Shown here: in pieces, positions 1-16,785 of the stretch
Position numbering within the stretch: the stretch's first letter is position 1
Layout of the letters: each line of letters opens with the position of its first letter
Assembly (NCBI RefSeq): GCF_963506605.1
Contig: NC_083281.1
Span: 17,174,001 to 17,238,000 of the forward strand
DNA: 64,000 nucleotides
Direction of reading: 5' to 3'
Source of the DNA: Zootoca vivipara
Taxonomy: Eukaryota
The notes under the pieces: generated by a model
What the model was told of the DNA's origin: nothing
The model's database searches: none
The model's input: only the letters and a program-made list of their open reading frames with translations
Made by a program: the position numbers and the translations under genes

Positions 1-87
1 CTGGGCTCTTGGTCCCCTGTGACCTCCCCCCCAAAGATGAAAAGAATTCACAAAATGTGACCAGAGAAAAAACTCCTCCCTCCTTAC

Positions 88-721
88 CCAGTGGCCTCTC
101 TCTGGAGTCCAACGGAGTTCTGTCTACCTCAGAGGAATCAAGACTGATTTCTGCAAACAGATCCTTCCCCTGCAAGGGCAACAAGCATTCAAAAGAATTA
201 GATTAGAACTGGAATGGCAAAGGATGGGCAATTTAGTATAGAATTGGGGAATACTCTCCCTCATGTTTTGAGCCCCTTGGGAGTATCCAGATGAAAGTCT
301 CTCTCACCTGCTGCTCTGCCTGCTTTCTCTCCTCTGCCTGGCTCAGGAGGAATCCTTCGGCCAAGGCCACTGCCTGGGAACTGGTCTGTGCTCCACATTC
401 CCTCACCCAGCTCTCTGTCTCTGGAGGAAGGAGAGCCAACAACTGCTCCAAGATCACCAGGTCCAGGATCTCAGCTTTCGTGTGCCTTTCTGGCTTCAGC
501 CACCGACAGCAAAGGTGATAGAGTTGGTTGCAAAACTCTCGGGGTCCTTTGGCCTCCTGGTAGAAAAGCCGCCCGAGCTGCTGGCTCTGCACATCTGAGC
601 GGAGGACGTCCTCATCACCCAGGATCCTTTGGACAGACTTTCCCCAGATTCCTCCATGGCTATGAGTTAGGATGGAATGGCCTCTTCCTGCTTCAGTGCC
701 AGCCGAGTCTTCCTCATCCAT
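88..721 (-). CDS. SCAN-KRAB-ZNF gene A, 5' coding exons (SCAN exon 721-308, linker exon 169-88); continues off the left edge
   Basis: ORF 233..721 has SCAN motifs (YQEAKGPRE...[20 protein letters not shown]...WVRE). CAG|GTGAGA donor at 308. An 82-bp exon with AG/GT ends matches paralogs B-D. Confidence 0.85.
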
Positions 722-2371
722 CTCTGTTCTCAGGACACCTCCAAGAAATTGAAAGTTATGTCTGTCCTAATGTGTGGTTTTAGCAAATCCTAAAAAGCAA
801 ATACATTTTTTCTGATAAAAATGAATACACAATTGGGTGAATGTTCCCTGGGCAAACATGGATGAGTCTTTCTAGGAACCAGGGCTGGACTGTACCACAA
901 CTCAGACTGATCTTTCTTTTTAAAAAAAAGGAAGGAAGAAGAAGGAAGGAAGTCAGAATGGATGAGTTTGTGCTAAGTACCACTGGGACCCAAGGCAATA
1001 GTGGGGGTCTCTCCCACCCACATTTCTTTCCTGCTTCTGCCTCATGTTCCAACACTTAGAATCTCCCATATTCTCAAGACGCCTTCAGTGGGTCCCTCTT
1101 TCTTTATTCTGAGGGTCAGATATTTACCTGGCCAACCCCCCCCCCCCCCGAGAGCCAAGTGGGTGGGGCAAAATAACTTGTGGGCAGGGCTGGAATCATC
1201 CCTACCTCTTGGCCTCCCTCATCCCACTCTCCTGCCTCTGGGTTTAGATTGCTCTCTGCCACAGATTCTCCCTGCTCACTGAGCCCTGTTACCTCTTCAG
1301 CTTCAGATACCTCCTCCTCCCAGTCTTCTCCCTCTGACCAGTCATCATTGCCCCCAAACCCCTCCCCTGGCCCAGAGCCGCCTTCCCCAGCTGGTTCCCC
1401 TCATCATTCCTCTGTGCCCACCCAGTCAACGCAGCTCCCTCCTTACATCCTTTATTCTGTTACCACCAGGTTGGGCTCTGCTTTTCTTTAGGGTGAAGAC
1501 AGTCCAGCCTCCTGTTCTCTCCCAAGGGCAACTCTCTCCCCCTGCACTTCCCAGCAGCTGGCATTCAGAAGCATGGCTGCCTCCAATTGTGGGGGCCAGG
1601 AGCCATTGCTAACCCACTGCTCCTCCCTGAATTGGCCTCATCCTCTTCTAAAGCTATCTCGCTTGGTGGCCATCCCTTCCTCCTGTGAGAGGGGGTTCAA
1701 TGGGTCTAACTGTGCACTGTGACATGGAAGGACTTTATCATAGAGACCAAATTTTTATTTCTATCTCCAAAGGTGTCCATCTGGCTGCCACCTGGGCTGA
1801 TGAACGTGGCTGTTTCCTCAATCCCATCGGGGTTCCTTTGCATGCCCTTTACTTCCTGACTCAGTGACCCTCCCCCAGGAGCAAGCGGCGTCTTGATGCT
1901 AAGGAAGAAGAGAGTTGCAGACCTCCTGCTACTTGCAGCCTCCCTGGTTTTGCAGAGTGGAAGCGGGGCAGAACCTCTTGTCCCTGGCTTGGGGATCCCC
2001 CTGCAGGAACTGCGCATGCTCCCCATGGACCCGCCCCCGCAGCCCTGGGACACCCCCGCCCCACTTCTCCCCCAATGCACCCTAAGCCAGAAAAGTGAGG
2101 AAACTCACCAGGTCCCTGAAGGGAAACTGAGGCGGCTCCTGCAGAGGAGACGAAAGCCACCTTCCCCCTCTTGCAGGGAGGAACCTGGGAAAGTGGGAGG
2201 GGCTTTGGCTCGGGAGGACCTCGCTCCCTTTATTTCCTGTCCACTCTAGCAATGCATCTCAGTTCCTTTTTACCCTTGCAAGCTGGAGCAAACCAAGCTC
2301 ACATTTTCTCTCTCTCTCTCAGGAACCCAGGAGGAGCCACGTGAATTGCAGAAATAAACCCGAATAAGACA

Positions 2372-2460
2372 GGAGAGATCTGCTGGTAGAACACGAGTCT
2401 CTTTGATCTCAGGGTCCTGGGTTCGAGTCCCAGGGGTTGGGCTAGATGACTTTGGGGGTC
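2372..2460 (+). mobile_element. tRNA-Lys(CTT)-derived SINE with CR1-like tail, internally deleted copy
   Basis: Degenerate match to tRNA-Lys (gatctcagggtc-tgggttcgag B box), followed by gggttgggctagatgac. Fuller paralogs at 13531, 27750 and 39011. Confidence 0.7.
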
Positions 2461-3189
2461 CCTAATAATGACGACTCCATGGCTCTCGTGGTTGGCCTTC
2501 TGCGCTGTTCCTTTGAACCCTTGCAAAGCGGAGCTTCCCAGGCTCCCTTCTCTCTCTCTCAGGAGCCAGGCACCCAGTGGGGTCTTCTTTGGAGGACCCT
2601 CCTGGCTGCCCTGCACCCTCCCCTGCAGCCCTGGGACTCCCCCCATCTCCCCAACGAGAAATGAGACTCACCGGATCCCAGAAGGCGGAGCAGAGAGACA
2701 ACAGCCCCCCTCCCCTTGCAGAAAGGGGGAGCCTCCTCCCTTTATTCCTGGTCCTCTCTAGAAATCCAGCTCAGTTCCTTTTAACCCTTGGCGAGCCGGG
2801 CGCACCCATCTCCCCCCTCTCTCCCTCTGCCAAGCAGGCTCCCCGGGCATGGCCTGCACCCATCGGGGTCTTATTTGGGGGGCCCTCTGGGCTGGCTTCT
2901 GAGCTGTTCCCTCTCTTGGATACAGAAGCAGGAGGAGCACGAAAGGCCCGAATGGGGACAGGCTCTGCAAAGACATCCTCCGGGCACCAGCCTGGCTTTC
3001 ATTTTGATGCCAACAGCACCCTGAAAGAACTGAGACCTGAACTCTGAGGTCAAACACTGCCTTAAAATCGCACCAGCCTCTTCCACATTTGAAAATGGAA
3101 GCAATTACTTCCAGTTTTTCGGCATTCGAAAACTGAATCGTTCAGCTTCGAAGACGCTAAAAAACCGAGGTTCCGCTGTACAGTATATC

Positions 3190-4888
3190 AAATAGAATAG
3201 AATAGAATAGAATAGAATACACACACACACATACACCCATCACAACTCCGGGATCATATTATTTAGTTACAGCATTTAAGATGGTTATAGCTCTTGCATA
3301 GACACTTTTTTAATCTATTCGTTCTTGATTGAATTGTTCTGTATCTCTTGCCCGAAGGCAACGGTGCAAAAAGACTATATCCAGGATGAGATGAATCCTG
3401 TAAAATATTATTTGCTTTTTGAAGGCAATGGGAGTTGTATAGTTCTTCCAGAGATGGCAGAGGATGACCGATAATCTTTTGGGCTGTGATTATGATCTTC
3501 TGGAGCACTTTCCTATCCATGACTGTGAAGCTGGAAAACCAAGCACAGATACAGTATGTAAGAATGTTCTCTATGGAGCCTCGGTAGAAGGACACCAGCA
3601 GTCTCTCACTCAGCTTGTTCTTTTTTTTAAAGTCTGAGGAAATATATTCTCCGCTGGGCCTTCTTCACCAGAGCAGTGGTATTCGCACTCCAGGTCATTC
3701 TCTGCTCGATGGTAACACCCAAGAACTTAAACACAGCCACCCTCTCCACCCGGTCCCTGCCAATATACAGGGGCTGAATGTCCACCTTTTTCTTCCTGTA
3801 GTCCACCACCAGTTCCTTGGTCTTGACAGTATTAAGGACCAGATTATTATCTCCACATCAACCATAGAGCTGCTCCACCTCATCCTGATAGTCGGACTCA
3901 TCCCCCCCAGAAATGAGCCCCACCACAGTGGTGTCATCAGCAAACTTGATGATTTTGTTGCTAGAGTGGATAGCTGTACAATCATAAGTGTAGAGCAGGC
4001 ATCCCCAAACTTCGTCCCTCCAGATGTTTTGGACTACAATTCCCATCATCCCCGACCACTGGTCCTGTTAGCTAGGGATCATGGGAGTTGTAGGCCAAAA
4101 CATCTGGAGGGCCGCAGTTTGGGGATGCCTGGTGTAGAGGGTATAGAGCAGGGGACTCAACACACAACCCTGTGGGGAGCCGGTGTTAAGGCTAAGGGCT
4201 GTGGACATATATGACCCTACTCTAACCCTCTGGGAGTGGTCCGACAGAAACTTCAAAACCCAGAGACAAATGGAGTTAGAAAGTCCAAGCGCCTCTAGTT
4301 TGGACATCAGTCTATGGGGGAGGATAGTGTTAAAAGCAGAGCTAAAGTCCATGAACACCAGCCTCACATAACTCCCCAGCTGCTCCAGATGGGACAGAGC
4401 GGCATGGAGTGTGGTAGTGAGGGCATACTCCGTGGATCAATTCACCCTGTATGCAAACTGGGAGTTGTCAAATGTCGATGGAAGACAGGAAATGATGTAA
4501 CTCCGTACCAGTTTCTCAAAACACTTCATAATAATCGGAGTAAGTGCAACTGGTCTGTGGTCATTCAGACTACTAATTGTGGATTTTTTTGGCAGAGGAA
4601 CAATAGTTGATGACTTCAGGCAGGGTGGGATAATAGACTGGTGTAGGGACTTGTTGAAGATCTTAGTAAAGACCCTCGCCAGCTGGTCCGCACAGCCCCT
4701 CAACACCCGTCCAGTGATGCCATCAGGGCCAACAGCCTTCCTTGGATTCAGAGACCTCAGTACCTGCCTCACCTTATGCTCTTCTACAGTAAATGAGGGG
4801 CCACTCTGGGCTGGTAGCTGTAATACAGCCTTCTCTGGTGGCTCTCTCTCAAAGCGAGCGAAGAAGAAATTAAGCTCCTCCGCCAGTG
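3190..4888 (-). mobile_element. Rex1/Babar non-LTR retrotransposon, 5'-truncated and degenerate
   Basis: RT fragments KAVGPDGI, RPVALTPIIMKCFE, FMDFSSAFNTI, GSPQGCVLSP, KFADDT, KKAQRRIYFLR, FYRGSIENILT. (CTATT)n tail at 3190-3218. Absent from the paralogous site near 40570. Confidence 0.9.
3996..4131. mobile_element. 136-bp hAT (Charlie-like) MITE nested in the Rex1 RT
   Basis: TIR caggcatccccaaact/agtttggggatgcctg; perfect 8-bp TSD gtgtagag (3988-3995, 4132-4139). Confidence 0.92.
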
Positions 4889-7267
4889 AACTTTATTCGC
4901 CTAGTATCCTTTAGATGTCACTATATAACCTTGCTTCTCCCGCCTTACAATCAGTGTTGGAAATGAGAATGGGAACTTTGTACCTGGGATGCAACATTTC
5001 ATGGAAGCAATGCAATCAGATGCTATTCTCTATTAAACACATTCCTGCCCTTAGCGCTCTTCCCTTCGTCTCCTTCCTTCCATCTTTGAAGACGCTAGTC
5101 AGGACAGATCCACTTCCTCCCATGGAGAAAGAACTTGGATTAGAGAAGCTCCCATCCCATCGCCAGCCCTCTTGTTATCCTAAGAAATTGATGGTCATGT
5201 CATTAAAGATCATCTTCAATGGGATCTCTGTGGGTTGGAGAAATCAATTTGCCCGCAACCCTTACACCTTGGACTCCACACCAATGCAACTCCCCTCACC
5301 TTGCAAAATGACGGATCCATGGCGTTTAGGACCCCCCACAATCCTAGGGGTGTAAGAAATCCAGACTTGCCTTGCATAGAGCTTCCTCCTCCTCCTCCTG
5401 TTGCTGCTTGTATAGGGAACCCGGTTGCAACAGAATAAACGACCATTGCCTTTGCTTCGCTTCTCCTTGGTGGGAGTTCACCCATCCTTCCGACCACTGA
5501 GGAGCCTGATAGGGTTTCCCGAACCATCAGTGTATTTTTACAACCATTTCAACCCCTCACATCAATTGTTGCTTTGTAAATGTTTTTCTCTCTCACTCTG
5601 TGCGCACACACTTGTGCAATGAGTAGAGTGTTTGCTTAACTGCTCAACTTCGAAAATGAAGAGGACAGCACTTGACTTAAGCTTCTCACAGACGAAAGAT
5701 TGAAACTACTGCCTTTTATGGCAAACATGCTCTGTGTGTGTTCAGAAGATACCAGGAAGAGCTTCAAGCAGACACTGCCACCATCCTGGTCATGCCAAGG
5801 CTGACTATGGCAAACAGGAATAGAACAGAACAGAAATGTAGAGTAGAAAGGCACCCCCAACTACTGACAATGCAGGAATCTCAACTCAATGAGAGATGGG
5901 TCATCCAACATCTGATTAAAAACCTCCCAAGAAGAAGAGGACACCACCTTCTGACGGAGTCTGTTCTACTGTTGAAGAGTTCTTACTGTCAGAGAGATCT
6001 TCCTGAAGTTTAATCAGAACCCCATTCCAGGATCTTTAGGCCACTGGTTCATATCCTAACCTCCAGAGCAGGAGAAAAAAGGAGCACCACCAATTTGCAG
6101 CTTTGAGGAGCTGAAAGAGGAAGCACCTTGAGCCTCCCTAATCATGCTGTGAAAACCCAGGCATCTTCAGATCAAGGGCGGTACCTGTATACAAATTGAA
6201 TAGCAATAGAAATAATGAAGTATGTGAATTGCTCATGTGGTAAGAATTTGCTTCCACATCACCAGTTCGTGACCCAGGGGAGGGAACACCTGAAACAAAA
6301 ACTCAGAACCAAGAGAATGAGAGCAATCTCAGCACCCTGCAGGGACCCGGTTTATGCAAACTTGTATTGCAATAGGAAAGCCTTGCTAACCTGTTGTTCT
6401 GCAGAACGGCTAGCTTGAAAAGGCTGCTAGGAGGCACGTTAGAAGAAACTTATATGCACAACACTGAAGACTCATAAAACATCAGAAAAAGGTCACAGGT
6501 CATGGGGCACGTGGTTCCATGCGGGTATGGACTCCCCTGATATTACCTTGCAGTGTCCCAGAGTGCCCAGGCCATTTGGGTCTCTTATGTGTCACTTTGA
6601 CACCATGCCCATGGCAACCAGGCCTTCCATGGGACTGTTGACATTCCAATCCCCTATCTTACTTCCCTGGTACCAAAACATGTCAAAGGGGTTTGAGGAG
6701 AGATGTGAGTTCACACCGTGGTGGTAGCTCAACACCTCCCTCTTTCCCAAAACATCACCTGCCCTTCTAGGGTCAGATAAGGCTGGAAGTGGTAGGCAAT
6801 GTACACATCACAGCTTTACACAGTGCAGGAGGGTGGCATGAAGGTTACAAAATGCAGACCCATAAAAATCAAGCCTAATACATTTGATCTAAGAGGCTAA
6901 ATGCAATTAATACTAGGACACTTTGAACAATATCAAAATCTATAATATTTAATATTCAATCAACTATCAAAATTTTTACTCCAAGTCCTTCCAAGGAAAG
7001 TTGAACATGGACGGCAACTTCATCAGTCTCGCCCAATTGCTCTTATCACTCTGTTCAGCCATGACGTGAAGAAGGTATTAAACACCTTGGCCAAGGACTT
7101 GCAAGTCACAGTTCCGGGTACATAGTAGGAAGAGATATGGGGCACCAGATGTGGCAAAGAACCCAGCTACAATCCTCACCTCACACTGACTGAAGTCTCC
7201 TAAAATTAAATCTGTATATAGTAACTTTTATAGTTCTCCCCCACTGTGAGTTCTTTGATCGGAAACA

Positions 7268-7740
7268 TCAGGGAGTTGTTCGGGCTACTCCCGAGTAAAG
7301 ATGCTCCAGTCCACACTGTCTTAAAGAGTTTTATTGTGCATACTATTTACAGTGCAGAGATAGCAGAAAACATGGCCACCTAGTCACTTTCAGAGTCCGG
7401 CAATGGCTTTCGTCTGCTTCAGGGCCAGCATAAAAGCCTGGGCACCCCGAAACGCCGTCCCTTAGCCCTACGTGAGGGTGCGCACTTCAATTCGGGCGCC
7501 GGATGGAGAGGTCTCCCCTCTTGCTGGTTGGGGCAGCGCCTGGGCTCTGATGTCTCGCTAAGCCCCTCATCCGCTGTCCCTCGACCAGAGCGTTGCCAGG
7601 GCTCGGACGCCTCACTGAGCCCTCCCCCCATTCCGCTCCATTCCTCGTTCCCTCCTCCTGACTCGCTGCTCATGCTATTGCTGGGTGAAGTGCTAGTCAG
7701 GATGACGGGGGGAGGCTCCCTGTAGGGAGTACCCCTGACA
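7268..7740 (-). mobile_element. Solo LTR inserted in the terminal zinc finger of gene B
   Basis: Minus strand starts TGTCAGGG and ends CCCTGA (short terminal inverted repeat). Flanking direct repeat ggaaaca at 7261-7267 and 7741-7747. Internal AATAAA near 7330. Confidence 0.75.
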
Positions 7741-7792
7741 GGAAACAAGACAGGCCTTGTTGACAGAAGCTTTTTCCACATTCTAAGCAGTG

Positions 7793-12226
<4,434 letters not shown>

Positions 12227-12392
12227 CTTCTGGACATGCGTAGAAGCAACTTCCGATGCCGCTGTGCCCATTTCCAAAATGTCCGCAGCGCCAGAAGTCG
12301 CTTCTACGCATGTCTGGAAGTGCATAGAAGCAACTCCTGGTGCCGCGGCACTGCTGATCCCGGATTTTTCAATCCGGAACTTGGCACCTATG
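12227..12392. mobile_element. One-ended hAT/Blackjack-type MITE remnant abutting the gene B ATG
   Basis: Ends in aacttggcacctatg, one mismatch from the TIR of the 52103 MITE. Internal inverted repeats gacatgcgtagaagc/gcttctacgcatgtc. Absent in A, C and D. Confidence 0.7.
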
Positions 12393-13530
12393 CTGTTACC
12401 TCTTCAGATTCAGATACCTCCTCCTCCCAGTCTTCTCCCTCTGACCACTCATCATTGCCCCCAAACCCCTCCCCTGGCCCAGAGCCGCCTTCCCTTGCAG
12501 GTTCCCCAACTGGTTCCCCTCACCATTCCGCTGTGCTAACCCAGTCAATGCAGCTCCCTCCTTGCATCCTTTATTCTGTTACCACCAGGTTGGGCTCTGC
12601 TTTTCTTTAGGGTGAAGACAGTCCAGCCTCCTGTTCTCACTGAGGCCAACCAGGGGCCTCTTCTAGGAAGCCCACCAGCAGGGCTGGAGCCCAAGAGCAA
12701 CCCTCTCTCCCTGCACTTCCCAGCAGCTGGCATTCAGGAGCACGGCTGCCTCCAACTGTGTGGTAGAGGAGCCATCGCTAACCCTCTGCTCCTCCCTGAA
12801 TTGGCTTCATCCTCTTCTAAAGCCATCTCGCTTGGTGGCCATCCCTTCCTCCTGTGGATGGGAGTTCCATGGGTCTAACTGCGTACTGCGACATAGGACT
12901 TTATTTATTTCTACCTCCAAAGGTGTCCATCTGGCTGCCACCTGGGCTAATTAACGTGACTGTTTCCTCAATCCCATCGGGATTCCTTTTCATACCCTTT
13001 TCTTCCTGACTCGGTGACCCCTCCTCCCCAAAGGGACAAGCGGCATCTTGATGCTAAGGAAAAAGAGAGTTGCAGACCTCCTGCTACTTGCAGCCTCCCT
13101 AGTTTTACAGAGAGGAAGCGGGGCAGAACCTCTTGTCCCTGGCTTGGGGATCCCCCTGCAGGAGCTGAGCAGGCTCCCCATGGACCCGCCCCCTGCAGCC
13201 CTGCGACACCCCCGCCCCACTTCTCCCCAATGCACCCTAAGCCAGAAAAGAGAGGAAACTCACCAGGTCCCTGAAGGGAAACTGAGGCAGCTCCTGCAGA
13301 GGGGACGAAAGCCACCTTCCCCCTCTTGCAGGGAGGAACCCGGGAAAGTGGGCGGGGCTTTGGCTCGGGAGGACCTCGCTCCCTTCATTTTCTGTCCTCT
13401 CTAGGAATGCATCTCAGTTCCTTTTAACCCTTGCAAGCTGGAGCAAACCAAACTCACATTCTCTCTCTCTCTCTCTCTCTGAGGAGCCCAGGAGGATCCA
13501 CGTGAATTGCAGAAATAAACCCGAATAAGG

Positions 13531-13652
13531 CAGGAGAGCTCAGTTGGTTGAACACGAGTCTCTTTGATCTCAGGGTCTTGGGTTCGAGCCCCAGGTTGGG
13601 CAAGAGATTCCTGCGTGGCCGGGGGTTAGGCTAGATGACTTTGGGGTGTACC
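13531..13652 (+). mobile_element. tRNA-Lys-derived SINE with CR1-like 3' part
   Basis: agctcagttggt...tctcagggtcttgggttcgagccccaggttgggca, then agattcctgc..ggggttaggctagatgac. Confidence 0.75.
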
Positions 13653-13717
13653 TTATAATGACGACTCCATGGGCCTCTTGGCTGGCTTTCTGCGCTGTTC
13701 CTTTGAACCCTTGCAAA

Positions 13718-13860
13718 NNNNNNNNNNNNNNNNNNNNNNNNNNNNNNNNNNNNNNNNNNNNNNNNNNNNNNNNNNNNNNNNNNNNNNNNNNNNNNNNNNN
13801 NNNNNNNNNNNNNNNNNNNNNNNNNNNNNNNNNNNNNNNNNNNNNNNNNNNNNNNNNNNN
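13718..13860. other. Assembly gap (143 N)
   Basis: Run of N at the position where the duplicate copy has a long (CT)n. Confidence 1.
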
Positions 13861-14408
13861 GAGGGGTCTTCTTTGGGGGACCCTCCTGGCTGCCCTGCAC
13901 TCTCCCCTGCAGCCCTGGGACTCCCTCATCACCCCAACGAGAAAGGAGACTCACCGGATCCCAGAAGGCGCCACTGAGGCAGCCCTTGCGGAGCAGAGAG
14001 ACAACAGCCCCCCTCCCCTTGCAGAAAGGGGGAGCCTCCTCCCTTTATTCCCGGTCCTCTCTAGAAATCCAGCTCAGTTCCTTTTAACTCTTGGCGAGCC
14101 GGGCGCACCCATCTCCCCCCTCTCTCCCTCTGCCAAGCAGGCTCCCCGGGCATGGCCTGCACCCATGGGGGTCTTTTTGGGGGCCCCTCTGGACTGGCTT
14201 CTGAGCTGTTCCCTCCCTTGGAAACAGAAGCAGGAAGAGCACGAAAGGCCCGGAGGGGGAGAGGCTCTGCAAGGACATCCTCCTGGCCGGCCTTTTCCTC
14301 GCCAAGCTCTCCGGGCACCAGCGTGGCTTTCATTTTGATGCCAACAGCACCCTGAAATAACTGAGACCTGAACTCTGAGGTCTAACACAGCCTTAAAATC
14401 GCATCAGT

Positions 14409-15807
14409 TTCGAATTTTCCGTATCTGGGCAAGGTAATTGAGAGAGCTGTTGCTGAACAGCTTGGCAGGTACTGGAGGTTTCCCTCCTGGTTTCAGGACC
14501 GAGAGGGCTCTGGTCTCCTTAACAGATGATCTCCGTAGACAACTGGACTGAGGTGGGTCGGGACTGCTGATTCTCTTAGATTTGTCAGCAGCCCTTTGAC
14601 ATGGTCATCATCATCTTCTGGAGCACCGCCTCACCGAAGTGGGGATACAGGGCATAGCCTGACAATGGTTATGCTCTTTAATCCCTGGTTGGGGACAGAG
14701 GGTGGCGCTAGGGAGGGAGATGTTGTCGTGCCACTCCTCGGTGTGTGGTGTGCTGCAGGGCACAATCCTCTCCCCAATGCTTTTTAACATCTTTATGCGC
14801 CCCCTTGCCACTATTGTCCGGAGGTTTGGGCTGGGTTTTCACTCGGCTCTATCTGTTGATGGATGGCCACACCGACTCGGCCGCGGACACACTGACCAGA
14901 TGCTTGGAGGCTGTGGCTGGATGATTTCGTGGGAGCCGACTGAAACTAAATCCTTCAAAGACAGAGGTCCTCTGGCTGGGTCAGGATGGCATAGGGATGA
15001 GAGACCAACTCCCTTCTCTTGCGGGGGCCCAATTAGTGCCATTGCCTTCCGTTAAGAGTTTGGGTGTAATCCTTGACGCCTCCCTTTCTATGGAGGCGCA
15101 GGTTACAACAACAGCTAAGGCGACATTTTTTCACCTTCGGCGCATCTAGCAGTTGGTCCCTTACCTTTCCCACCCCATCCTGGCCACAGTGATCCATGCA
15201 ACGGTCACCTCCAGGCTTGATTACTATAATTTGCCCTTGAAGCTGTCCCAGAAACTCCAGCGGGTGCAGAATGTTGCAGTGGTCCCTGCCACGAGAGCAT
15301 ATTCACCCAGTGCTTTTCCAGCTGCACTGGCTCCCGGTGGAGTACAGGGTCAGATTTAAGGTGGTTTTGACCTTTAAAGCCCTTCATGACCTAGGACTCT
15401 CGTACTTACGGGACTGCCTCTCCCGGTATGCCCCGCGGAGGACCTTAAGGTCCATAAATAGTAACACCCTAGAGGTCCCGGGCCCGAAGGAAGTCAGATT
15501 AGCCTCAGCTAGAACCAGGGCCTTTTCAGCACTGGCTCCGACCTGGTGGAACGCTGTGTCTCATGAGACCAGGGCCCTGTGGGACCTGATTTCTTTCCGC
15601 AGGGCCTGTAAGACAGAGTTGTTCCGCCTGGCCTTTGGCCTGGACCCAACTTGATCCCCTCCCCCACTTTCCCTTTTCATATGAGGCTGCATTTCAATTT
15701 TATTTTTGTATTTAATCTTGTTTTTAAGTTCTATCTTAATTGTTTTATATCTAGTGTTAGCCCCCCTGCGCCCAGTTTTGGCTGGGGAGGGCAGGGTATA
15801 AATAAAA

Positions 15808-15843
<36 letters not shown>
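14409..15843 (+). mobile_element. L2-clade LINE, 5'-truncated and degenerate
   Basis: GVLQGTILSPMLFNIFM, HATVTSRLDY, LHWLPVEYRVRFK, RAFSALAPTWWN; (ATT)n tail; empty site in the paralog near 39840. Confidence 0.88.
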
Positions 15844-15844
<1 letters not shown>

Positions 15845-16193
15845 GCCTCTTCCCAATCCTATTTCCTTCGGCATTACTCTCTTTATTTTTTCTAGTAAAG
15901 CATTTTCCTTTTAATATTTGCTACTTCCCCAAATAAAGACAACCCTTCTTGTGATATGTGGAAGCTCTAGATAAATTTACATATAACTATTTGTATCACC
16001 ATGTAGAACTACAATCTGTTCCAGAAGACAATCGAAAACTGAGGCACAAAAATGGAAAAACATGCAGCGAAGACATCTGATGTCCGAGGCGCGTTCGAAA
16101 ACGGAAGCAATTACTTACAGGTTTTCGGCATTTGAAAACTGTAATGGTTGGCTTCCAAGACACTCGAAAACCGAGGTTCCACTGTATATCAAG

Positions 16194-16785
16194 CTAGCTG
16201 GCCCGGCCACGCGTTGCTGTGGCTCATCCATGTGATTCCCCCCACCCTGTGGCAATCCATGACGTATCCTCCTCCCCCCACCTTATCCCTGTGATTCCCC
16301 CACCCTGTCCCGACCCATGACATACCACGCCCCCTCTTCCCCCCACCCCGGCTCATCCCTGTGACTGGTCCCACCGTGTCCTGACCTATCCCATCCCCTC
16401 CCCCCAACCCCCACCCAGGTGAGTCAGTACCTCCATTCAGCCTAGTCTGTAAAGGCTTCAGCCTAGTATGTAAACGGGAGCCGAGGTGCTGTTGAGAGGG
16501 AAGGTTTTATAGGTGCAGTAGCAGTGTAGCCACCACTAGAGGGTGCTGGTTTGCAACCTGGTTCTTTTCCCAGCATGCATTTTTGTCTGGGTGGTGTGTT
16601 TTGAAACACGAGGTTTTGGGGGTTTTACCTGGCACAGGTGTGACATCTGTCTTTGAAAATGGTACAGGGTCACACTCATATTCGCATGCGGCATTGTGTC
16701 AAAATTTGAACGCAATCGGTCAAGCGGTTTTGGTGAAATGTGGATACTAACGGACATGGCCAGTTTACATTTTTATATATATAAA
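16194..16785 (-). mobile_element. Non-autonomous Helitron
   Basis: Minus-strand 3' CTAG preceded by a GCCAC..GTGGC hairpin; (TA)n-rich 5' end; no TSD versus the empty paralogous site atcaaataaac near 40570. Confidence 0.75.

Noticed and set aside
1255-1860. Ser/Pro-rich ORFs and possible old LTR-like repeat (also 12400-13000, 26575-27200, 62800-63250)
   Set aside because: Low complexity, frames not conserved between paralogs, and boundaries unsupported.
5096-5640. LTR-like insert with AATAAA near 5433
   Set aside because: Absent in paralogs, but termini and TSD could not be fixed.
13531-13602. Functional tRNA-Lys gene
   Set aside because: Acceptor and anticodon arms are degenerate, and it continues into a CR1-like tail, so it is a SINE.
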